Shown: positions 42,121-52,989 of the stretch, in pieces
How the letters are laid out: each line of letters opens with the position of its first letter
Position numbering within the stretch: the stretch's first letter is position 1
Origin: Psammoneis japonica
Taxonomy: Eukaryota
NCBI GenBank assembly: GCA_008632985.1
Contig: QPGO01000257.1
Span: 1 to 64,000 of the forward strand
Direction: 5' to 3'
Length of the DNA stretch: 64,000 nucleotides
Notes under the pieces: model-generated
The model's database searches: none
What the model saw: the letters and a program-made list of their open reading frames with translations, nothing else
What the model was told of the DNA's origin: nothing
Made by a program: the position numbers and the translations under genes

Positions 42121-42743
42121 GAAGCTCCAAAGGCGGTCTTTAAATCAAGAACAATCTCACCACATGTTGCAGGGGGGCACTGAAGGGACACAGCCCACTG
42201 GCAGGGCACTGATCAAACAAGATTTGCGGTGCAAGTGTTTGGCGCTGGGGGCACCTTTGAGATTTTGTGCCCTCAGTCATGTTGCGCAATTCTTGACACA
42301 GTGCCCTTGACCTTTTTGTGCCCTTGGCTGTTTTGTGCCCTTTCCTTTTTTTGTGCCCTTGAGCATTTTGCCCCATCTTGCGGTTTTGTGCCCTTGGCCA
42401 TTTTGTGCCCTTTGTGGCTTTGTGCCCTTGGCCATTTTGTGCCTTTTTTGGTTTTGGGCCCTCAGCCACATTTGGTGCCCCTCATGATTTTGTGCCTTCA
42501 GCAATTTTTGGCCATTGTGGTTTTGTGCCCTTTGCCACCTTGGGCCCTTTCTGATTTTTTGCCCTTGGCAGCTTTGTGCCCTCAGCCACCATTTTGCACC
42601 CTCAGTCATTTTGTGACCTCAGCAATTTTGCACCCCTGCCTGGTTTGTGCTCTTTGTGATTTGGTGCCCTCGACAGACATTTTTTGTCCTTTTTGATTTT
42701 GTGCCCTTGGCCATTTTGCTGGTCACGACAGAGCTGCAGAACA

Positions 42744-43133
42744 GACGTGTTCCAGCCCCAGGTGGGACTCCGTGTGACATTGGGCCCGCAGAATTCTGCG
42801 TGCGAGCTCCGCAGTGCAAGAATTTAATCAATGGACACATTTGTCTTCAACAGCAAACAAACGGCCAAGTTTGTGGCACAATTGTGCCTCTTGCCACTCG
42901 ATGTTTTTGCAAATGCGACTGCCCTGCACGATTCTCAAGACAGCACAGAATCGCGCTGTGACAAAAAATGTCAAAAGTTGTTGGACGGATCGCTCAATGA
43001 GTGCACCGTAAAATGACACAAAATGTCAAAAAAATCATGTAGAAATCTACGTGCGCGACATGCGACGTGATTCAAAAAACTGTCGATGTCACAGTTCAGC
43101 AGTGCAAGGTCCCACCTAGACCTGGAACGCGTC
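42744..43133. mobile_element. MITE copy C
   Basis: TIRs; TSD AACA; empty site at about 40155. Confidence 0.92.
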
Positions 43134-43911
43134 AACAACAAGAACCTGCCCGACGAAGAGCGCAGGGCAAAGGAGAGAAAGTGCGTGAGATGCCTGAAGC
43201 ACTTCATGGCAGGGAACTCCAAGAATGGAGATGCGGGAGGGAGTGCACCCAGGAAATGCAAGAGGGAGGATTTTTGCAGGAAGATTGTGGCAGAGCGTGA
43301 CAGGAAAGTGTCGGAGGGGGGCAATGGGTCGGGGGATGAGGAAAGCCGCATGGGGGGTTGGACCCAGACACATGAGCTGGAGCCAACACCTGTTTGGCAG
43401 ACAATGTGTGAAAAGTGGCAGTCACGTTTGTTGCAAATGACGTTGCAGACACAATCTCAATTGAGTGACTGCATCAGAGTGCATGACATTGTGACATCTG
43501 CGCACACAACAAAAATGTGTTGCCACATCATAAAATCCACTTGTCTGCACATGACGGTTTTTGTTGCTCAGCTGGTTGTCAATCTCCTGCTGTTCTTCAT
43601 GTTTGAACACAGATGTTTTTTAATTTTTGTGCTCTGCCTTTTTCACAACAACTGACGATTTTTGGCGACAAGCCAAACATTGCAGTCACATGCAATGAAA
43701 TTTTCATCATGCAAAGTGCACACCAATCATTCATTCAACAACTGTGCTCCAATTTGCCCAGTCGTCCGCATCGTCCTCTTCATTCCACATGTCTTCTCCG
43801 CTCTCTTGCAAGAATTTCAAATGTGCCGCTGCCGCGTTGGATGTTTCCTCATCACCGTTCCAAAAAAGCCACACTGCATTTCTTGCATTTGGGTGAACAT
43901 CATCGAGAGGA

Positions 43912-44301
43912 GACGCGTTCCAGCCGCAGGTGGGACTCCGTGTGACATTGGGCCCGTAGAATTCTACGTGCAAGCTCCGCAGTACGAGAATTCAATCAAT
44001 GGACATGTTTGTCTTCAACATCAAATAAATGGCCAAGTTTGTGGTGCAATTATGCCTCTCACCACTCGACTTTTTTGCAAGTGCGCCTGCCCCACGCGGT
44101 TCTTAAGACATCACAGAATCGCGCTGCAACAAAAAATGTCAAAAGTTGTTGGACGGATCGCTCAACAAGTGCACCGTAAAATGACACAAAACATCGAAAA
44201 AATCACGTAGAAATCTACGTGCACGACATACGACGTGATTCAAAAAACTGTCGATGTCACAGTTCAGCAGTGCGAGGTCCCACCTGGACCTGGAACACGT
44301 C
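43912..44301. mobile_element. MITE copy D
   Basis: TIRs; TSD AGGA. Confidence 0.92.
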
Positions 44302-44913
44302 AGGAAGAGGTCCCTTGAAACGCTGAATCGCATTGCTGCTCCCCTCTTGATGTCGTGTCGTTGGCTTCTTTTTCTCTTTTTTCATTTTGCCCATCCCATT
44401 TTTCTCTTCCTTCCTTGTCTTGGTGCCGCCTGTTTTCACCGTCTCCGGTGTCTTTCCATCCGAGTCCTTCTTTTTCATCAATCCTGTTGCCGTCGCCTTC
44501 ATCTCTTGTTGTTGTTTTTTTTTCTGTTGGGTGTCACTTTGTTTTGGATCCATGTTTCTGACTTCTCATTTCCGAGTGTTTCTTTGTGATTGTTCGCATG
44601 CGTCACTTGAAGGCACCCACGTGTTTTTCACGTGCCTTGATGCGCGTGCAGAAATCCATGTTGTTTTCCAGTGCATGCACCCTTTCTCCTGATGCTGTTC
44701 CGCACAACATTTTCTTCCATCAATTCTGCACTCCGTGCTGCCCTTTCCTGGCACAATCTCATGTGGGATTTCCCTGGGAGAAGTTGCGCGCGCGTCTGGC
44801 AGGTTTTTGTGTTTAAAACTCCAAATCACACCAGGCGCGCATGTGACTTCTCCCACACACCACTCTGGCACATTTCTGCAGAAACCAGATTTTTTGGTGT
44901 TGGAACAGCAACC

Positions 44914-47900
44914 ATGGCGCCGCATGACCTGTCAGTCGCCTCTCTGTTGCAAGACAACAATGATTCCTGCCTCAAGGAGGCCGCATTTGAATCTCTCTTT
45001 ACCAACAGTTTTGGAGTGATCGACAGCAATGAGCAGAGCCATGTCAAAGCAACAATCGAGACGGTGAAATCCAAGGTTCAGTTTCACCACGATTCCACTC
45101 ATGATCCCTCTCCGAATTGGATCGCACTTGCCCATGTGTGGCAAAAGTCAAAGGGCAGACCTCATTTTTTTGTGGAGCCAATGGCTGTGAACCACATTGT
45201 TGCAAAGGAACTTGGGTGCAAGAGCTTGCTGCACTTTCTTTCCACAAAAGGATGGAGTCATTCCAGTCAAGGCGGCAAACATCCTCATGCGTTGGAGTGT
45301 CGCCGTGCTCCCAAAGCAGAGGACATGAAAGTCATCGGCGACAAGGCAAAATCAACAGACATTGCAGCCAACATGATGGCAAAGATTTCCATGTTGTGCA
45401 AGCTTCTCCATGATCCCGGATTGTGTGACCCAAAGGGAGAGCCACTTGACAAGCACATCAAGCTGAGAAGTTTTGAAGGGAAGGTTTTGCGCCATGCACA
45501 GCACCTTCACATTGGTTTTTTGATTCTTCGTGACAAGATTCCACCGTGCGCACCTGAAAGGAATGGTGATTGCGGTTGTTGGCTGCACTCCCTGTTCGGC
45601 GAATGTGACGAGACATCGGCCCACATCAACTTTTTGGAGAATTTCCTGGCTCTTGGTCACTGTGAGACGACCAAAGACGAATGCCCCATGTCCTTCCCTG
45701 AACTCGTAAAGTCATTGTTCCGCCAACACAAAATTTCTTGGGAAAAGCCTGTGCAACTGGCGATGCTCAATGTTGAGCGAGAAAAAATGTGTGCAACACA
45801 TGTCGATGAGACTCTTTTAAGATGTGTGAAAATTGATCGTGTGGTTTCTGTCACTGACGATTCCGGCAAAAGCAAGGCTGCAAGGGATCGTTTTGAGGCC
45901 ATGTGGAAAGCCAGGCTTCATGACTTTGCCGCTCAGTGCAAGAAGAAAGAAATCGGCAATGCAGTTCCATCTGTTGCAAAAAATGCTCGGAAACAAAAAA
46001 ATCCAAATGGCATGAATCCATCATGTTGTTTGATTGATTGTTTGTGCTCCTCTTCTTGTCTCCAATTCTTCTGTTCTTCTTGCCACCTCTTTGGTCACCT
46101 CCCTTTGCTCCTCAAGCCCCAGTCTCAAAAACCCCAAAGATGGTGAACCTTCTGATGTTTCTCAGAATGAATCGCTGATTCCCCAAGATGTGCCGACTCT
46201 CGAGGAACAATTTGAACATTCCCGAACAAAGTGGCCGACCCTCGGCACGACTTGTCAGTCGCCTCCTCCTCCGCCAAACAATTTCACAAAAGAATGAATT
46301 GTGAAAGTGTTTCCTGAACCATCTCCGTTTGTGATTCCGGGTGAGGTGAAGTCACAACATTCTCACCTTGTCGTCTTTGAGGAAACCCCCATTTCCGGTT
46401 CCTTCAAGGGGAGCTGTGTCAAGCACCAGTTGTTCCACAGCATCTCCAACTTCCACTTGGTGAATCACCTCCGCAAGTTCATGCATGGATTTGAAAACGG
46501 CATGGCTCCCAATGATCCGACGCAAGAATCGATGGTTGCGATTGCTTGCCCGACCCAGTCAACCTTTCATTTTTCCAACGTGGTCACTCATTTGCGATGC
46601 ACGGACAAGATGTTTCTGAAATGCTTTTTTGGATTGCAACCCAGTGTGTCGTTGACACTCCATGCAGTGTTGGAACATGGCGAGCCAAACAAAAAAAGGG
46701 ATGGACCAGAATGCAAGTTGCGCTGTCGGATCTGTTTTGGTTGTTGTGGCTGGAATTGCGCAGATGGTGAGTCAGCTGAAGTGGGACCTGCTCACAAGCC
46801 TGGTGCTGTCTTTGGCAGGGACAAGTGGGAGAAGCTTCCAAAGGATGTGCAGGCAATGACAGCCTCAATCTTGGACGCCGCGCAACTCTGCGAGGATGAA
46901 ATTGATCTTGTTGCTTTGAAAGAAATGCGTTCCTTCCATGACCCGTGCCGTGATGGTCTTTTTGTGGCTGAGCTCCACAAGATGGTTGGAGCCAAGCATG
47001 TTAGAAAGGAAGGTGTGGAAATTCAAGTGAAGCGCATCTCGTCATCCGGCAAAAATCTGTCAATTCGAAAACCGAGCTGCACATTGACAAAGAAGATTGT
47101 GGCATGGATGGGCACACCAAGACTGGTGCTCTTTGCTCGTCACTGCGAGACACTGTTGGTCGCTCTTGGTCATTGAAGGTTGTCACTGCATCCAAAGGCA
47201 ATGCTGGAAACTGCGTCAGTTCAGCACATGAGCATGCCGAGTTCCGATCGTGTGTGCATGGTCATTTCGCAAAACTTGATCTGTCACATGCTGCAGAAAT
47301 GACAAGACACCGTGGCCCTTGTCATCTTCCTTTGGGCAAGCCAACCCACAGAAACATCAAAGATTTTTTCCTTGACCCTCACTCTGTGTGGGTGGAAGAG
47401 GAAATTGGCAAGCCAAATCTTCCGTCCGACACAGTTGAGCATCCCGTCATTGTCATGCCGCGGAAACGTCTTCCGTTTGCCATCGTGAAGGACTTCAATT
47501 TCTCTTGCGGTTGTTCGGCAATCATTGACAACCTCGACGAGGTTGGTGCACACGACTGCTTTTGTTGCGCCATTGTGGCTGGGCATCAAACCGGATTCTC
47601 CCATTTTTGCCACTTGTTGTGCAACACAGATGCTGCGAAGCGTCCTTTCGTGGCTGGTGATCATGTCCTTCATTGCTTCAGAGAAGCTGCAAGGCCATTC
47701 AGCAGCATTGCGGGGGACTCGATTTCGAGGAGGTTCATGTGGCAGAGTGCGGGATGAAACTCAACGGTTTGATGGACTTGCTTGTTGGCAGACTGTTTGT
47801 CATCATCGACTGGATCAATGACAATGTTGGCAATCCAACGTTTGACCACAAGGCGATCGAGGATGTGTTCAAAACCGTGGTCCAAACATGGGATCATGCA

Positions 47901-48269
47901 GGTGCTGATTGTGGAGAGTTCAGATGCATGAACTCCATGCAGATGTTGATGCTGTGTGGCACGGGGATCCATCCTCACCCTGGCCTTCGTAATCTTGTCC
48001 ACCCGGCAGCCAAGTTGGGAGCAGCGAAGCAAATGGAGGAAATGAAGGTCCCGGCAGAGGGTGATTTTGATTTGGAAGACTGTGGAAAGAATGGCCCAGA
48101 GTCTTTGCTGTGTGACCTGAGTGCAGCTCGTGAAAAGATGGGAATCTGCAATGTCTTTTGTTGTGGACAGCATCTGTTGCTCTTGTTCTCTGATGGGCAA
48201 TCAATGATCAAGCGGTTTGGAAGGCATGGGTGGGAGCCAGCCCCGCTCGTGTCGATTGATGAAGTTTGA
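44914..48269 (+). pseudogene. Unknown gene P1 (degraded, several ORF pieces)
   Basis: ORFs 44671, 46301, 47104 and 47673; homologous to P2 (GHTKTGALC vs GHTKTRALC; HPHPGLRNLVHPAAKLGAAKQ vs HPHPDLRNLVCPVSKLGAAKQ). Confidence 0.55.
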
Positions 48270-48399
48270 GCCGAACTGGAACGGCAAAGAGAGGTTGCTT
48301 TTTCATGGCAATCACATTTGTTTTTTGTCTGATCACGCTGACATCATCACATTGAATTCTCGTTCTAACAGGAAGAAGGCCGCTGGTGATTTGTTGTCA

Positions 48400-49385
48400 T
48401 TCGCAATGAACAAAAGTGACGATTGTGAGGAGGAGTCAATTGACAAGAAAACAAGCAAACTTCCAACTGCTTGCATGGGTGAAGAGGACAAAAGCAAAGA
48501 GCCCATTGACAATGAGCACAACCAAGTTTCACATTGCTCCGAGGGTGAAGAGGACCACAGCGACTTGGGAGATTGTTTCGCAAGTGACAAAACCAATGGG
48601 GAAACACACAATGTGCTGTGGTTGGGGATGACCCGTCCGCTCAATGCAAGGCATCTATCTTCTCAAGAATTGTGCTCTGAGAAGGGGGTGGCCTCAGTGT
48701 CGTCCGACCAACACAGGCGAGACGAGGCCCGCGCAATGGCATTTGAGGAAACTGACAAAACAACCACAAACGTCGTTCTGACAGTTTCTCTCCAAGATGG
48801 CCATCCTGATCTGCACTTAAATTGCAATGTGAAAGCAAGAGATTTCATCAAGAGAGTCAAGCAGCAGTTTGAGAAACTTGTTGATTTCGAAAATCATGGG
48901 TTCGACCAAATCATGTTGGACCACTGCTGGATGCCAGATGGAGAGTGGCACGACAGTCGTTTTGGGACGACTCAATTTTTCCAGAATCTAATTGATCTTC
49001 GGGCCTTGCTCTCCAAAAATGAAGAAGGGGGGACACAGTGATTCCCTTCACTCTTGCAACCTTCTTCCAGGTTGTCAAACAATGAAAGAAATTGTCGGCT
49101 GTGTTCGACATGTGCACAATGGACAATGATGCTGCAAAGAGCTGTGCGAGCACATTCTTTGCAAGCAACCTTGTGACCCAAGAACAACAAGAACGGTGGT
49201 TGGGAAAGCCCTCCAATCAGGAAGAAGCTCATCTTGGAGTTTCCGAAGAAGTCATCAGAACAAAAGCAACAGAAGGTGCTCGCACTGCACTGCTTCACGT
49301 GTGCCTCAATGACTTTGCCAATTCTGAAAGGATCAAATTCATCATGTTTGCAAGAAAGAGTTGGGAAATCACTGTGAGTGAATGA
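48400..49385 (+). pseudogene. Unknown gene or exon Q1
   Basis: HLNC...FDQIMLDHCWMP...SRF; homologous to Q2. Boundaries approximate. Confidence 0.5.
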
Positions 49386-49688
49386 CAGATTGACACGTGC
49401 ACCCCACTTTAGAAACAAATCTGACCAACACTTAATTCTGTCCTGTGCAGCCCAAACAAACAGGGCCTTTTCTTGCGCTTCTGCTGCTCCTGGACATTCT
49501 TCATGAACCAAAACATTGTCCCCAATTGCTTTGACAGGGACAACCCACAACTTGGGTGAGCACTGAGTCTTCTCAGGCATTGAAAGCCAGTTGTTTTGTT
49601 TGTGATCAAACTGCCAGCGACTGACCAAGTCTGTGTGCTGATGCCGTTGCCTCACAGTTTTCTGGTCAATGTTGACAGGGCCTTCATC

Positions 49689-52204
49689 GGAGCAAGAATT
49701 CCGAGATGTGCAAGCCCGTCAGTGGCGCATTGGACAACACCCTGGACGCAGACGACAGCCGACAGGAGGCTTTCGTGAAGTTGCAACAAGAGCACGTTGG
49801 GACCTGTCAAACACAGGTGGCTCTTGGAACAGCCATCTGCCACCTGCAAAGCAACTCAAATCTGACAGTGAAGGATGTGAAGGAACAGATTCACTTCGGA
49901 GGATTGAACAGCGAAGACAAGGAGGACACTTTTGCACCTGAAGAGCAGGAGTCGGAGCAGACATTTGAAGTCACCCATGAAACCTGCAAAGACGCGATGA
50001 ACCGAAGGCGTGGCACATCTCCAAGGGTTGTCAACTGCCGGAATTTCCAAGCTCTTTTTGATGAAGACACAGAGACAAAGAAACGATTTGAGCACGAGTG
50101 CGACTTGATTCACAAGAACTTCAGCAAGGCAATGCCATGGGCGTGCAACAACACAGCGCGCAATGGATTCAAGAAGGAAAGACTGGAGAACGAGGACAAA
50201 ATGAGAAAGACGATTTTGGAAGACAGAATTGAGGAAGAGAGCAAGAAAAGGAAGGCGAAAAAGAAAAAAAAGCAGGCAAAGAAGGACGAAGCGGCGCGAG
50301 CAGAGGTCACAGCGGAGGGACAACAAGGGGGAGACGACGACGAAGGGATGATGGACACCACCTTGGCAGACCTGCGGCACCAAGATGGGAGCACACAACA
50401 AGTGGGCGACGATGCAGCCGGCAAGCCCACAGTGGAACATGACAAGGAAGCGGGTGAGGAAGAGGAGAAGGAGGAGGAGGCACCAGAGCAGAAGGATGAG
50501 GAGGAATCAAGCGACAACAACGACAATGATGATGATGACAAAGATGGAGATCACACCCCAGACAAAGACGGAGATGGCACAAACCCTCAAGATGAAGAAG
50601 AAAGGAAAGATCGTTCAGATGAGGGGGGCAATGGAGGCACCGGCCAGTCGCCAGATGACAAAACACAACAAGTGGGCGAGGATGCAGCCGGCAACCCCAC
50701 TGTGGAACATGACAAGGAAACAGATGAGGAAGAGGAGAAGGAGGAGGAGGAATCAGAGAAGGATGAGGGTGAAACACGCGACAACAACGACAATGATGAC
50801 GATGACAAAGATGGAGATCACACCCCTGACAAAGACGGAGATGGCACACCCCCTCAAGATGGAGAGCAAAAGAAAGACAGTTCAGATGAGGGGGGCGATG
50901 GGGGCACTGGCCAGTCGCCAGATGACAAAGCGACTTCTGACAGAGACGGAATGTCAGAGGAGAATGACCATCAACAGGGGGGGCAAGGAAATGACAAAGC
51001 AGATGAAGAGGAACCATCTGCTGCAAACCCTGAGCAACAGGTGAAAGAGGATGAACAAAACATGGGTGTGGCTGGGAGTGATGCAGATTTGAACAACGAA
51101 CCCCTTGCAAGCGGCAGTGACAGCAACAGCAGTTGCTCCCTCCTGAATCGAATCAACCAAGTGCCACGTTCCGCTGCAAGGAAAAGACAGCTGAGAAGGG
51201 ATTTGGTCTCCTCATCCTCTGAATCATCCTCTGAATCGGAGATTGATGCATCAGATGATGACAACCCTTCAAGTGCTGCAGCTGCTGCCAAAGTTTCAGC
51301 CAAGATGAAAACCCCGTCAAAGGTGTCTGAACCACCAAACAAGAATGTGAGGAAAAGAGTTGTTTGAGCAACTCCGGATCGTGAGACAAAAACGGACGCA
51401 AAGAAATGCAGGGCGATGGCGCTGGCCGAAATGGAGGAAAGAAAGGAACAGGCAAGGAGGAAGAGAATTGAGGCAGACAAGAAAAGGGGGGGGGAGGCGG
51501 CAGCAAGAGCGAAGGCAATGGAGGCAAAGAGAAAGGAAATGGAAAAAATGAAGAACGCCAGCAAGCCAAAGAAGGACACGCCGCCGACAGGAAGAATGAC
51601 AGCAGAACAACCCCCACCCATCCAAACAAATTCGTCAAAGAAAAAAAGACGTGCAACCACCCGCGGAACAAAAAACAACAAAAATGAAGTTTGGGCAGTT
51701 GGGCACATGCATCGACCACAAAAATGTGTGCGGGGAGCATCGCAGTCTCAAAATGGCTGCATTGCTGTGAATCCCACAACATTCATTGTCCACTTTTTGT
51801 TTTTAGGTTTGTGGTGATTTTAGCATTCAGTCACTTGTTTTGGGTGTTGCTTGCAGTCACGCTGTCAGTCACAACATGTGAAAACGATGCTTGACTGATT
51901 GGATGTGTGCAATGACTTGTCCTGAGTTCGACTGTGGATGAGAAATAGATGCGGGTGCGCACCCATTTGGCATGGTCTCTCCATTGACAGGAGCAAATTT
52001 GTGTCAATCGCTTTGGCAAATGCATGTCATAAGGTCGGCTGTTGATGAGAAATGGACACGGGTGCGCATCCATTTGGCATGGTCTGTCCTTCAACCGTGG
52101 CCACTTGGCATCGATCAGGTGGGGTCTGTCATTCAACCGGAAGCGTTTCGTGCCACCTCATGACCCAAACCCAAACCCTCCCATCCCAAATACACTATGT
52201 GCAA
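49689..52204 (+). mobile_element. Large repeated element, copy 5 (left-truncated, ~2.5 kb)
   Basis: Homology starts at ggagcaagaattccgag. It ends cccaaatacactatgtgcaa, the least mutated version of the terminus. Confidence 0.8.
50393..50930 (+). repeat. 270-bp tandem duplication of the acidic segment, specific to copy 5
   Basis: acacaacaagtgggcga at 50393 and 50663. Confidence 0.9.
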
Positions 52205-52960
52205 TTTCAACAATGGACTCCTCATGCAAGACATGGGAAAGAAATGTCTCGATGTCAAAAGGGACGCTGGCGGCACCGCCAACTTTCATCACGTTCAACA
52301 GTTCAGGCAACGTCCCGCTGAAGAAGAAGCGCGGGTTGAATCTGCAGCTCAACCAACCCTTTTGCAACCAAAAGCAATCCAAGTTGATTTCCTCAAAGTC
52401 CCTTCCGAGCTTTGTGATGACCTCGTTGCAAAATGCAGGGCTGCGTGCACCGCAGTTGAGGTGATGGGCGTTGTGACAGTCGCTTGGAGAAGCTGTGCAA
52501 AGTTCACAATCAATGGTGCGGTTGGTTGCATCAAGCACAACATCACAACAGGCAAGTGTCCTTGTTGCATCGGATCTCAGTTTGGAATTTCCACTGAACA
52601 AGTCACCGTTGATGTCGTCAAGCACATTTGTGAACGACAGAGAATCAATGTTGTTCATCTGTGTCATGCACAAAAACAACACCTTTGTTTTCTTCTGTTG
52701 CGCCGGGAGATCCAGGCTCTCTTGAGGTGATTCCCTCATGTCGTTGAAGTCCAGTGATTCAGAGTCACAGTGTTTGTCAGCACCGTTGGGAGGAACACCT
52801 CTCTTGTCCTTGGGACAACTCAACTCTCGTTGTGCCGCCGACTTGTTGACATCTGAGCCAAAATCATTTGGGGGTTGAGAAAATTCTTCTTCCTCTGATG
52901 CTGCATCTTGATTTTCCAAATCACCCAGGTCTTCCCCAGGCACTCCAGTTCTTTCAAAGT
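52205..52960 (-). pseudogene. Unknown gene or exon Q2, paralog of Q1, truncated by the element terminus
   Basis: HLNC...FEEINLDCFWLQ...RF in ORF 52158-53069. Confidence 0.5.
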
Positions 52961-52989
52961 GGAAGAACAAGAGAGGCAATTGGAAAACA

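Larger units (their letters stand above)
40120..43460 (+). repeat. Three diverged copies of a 0.3-0.7 kb segment (about 40120-40840, 41400-41975, 42706-43460)
   Basis: Shared translation RKCxRCLxHFxxxNSKNGDA...REDFCRKxVAERDRKV. Confidence 0.8.

Noticed and set aside
41731..42696. Cys/Phe/His-rich membrane or repeat proteins
   Set aside because: These are translations of micro- and minisatellites.
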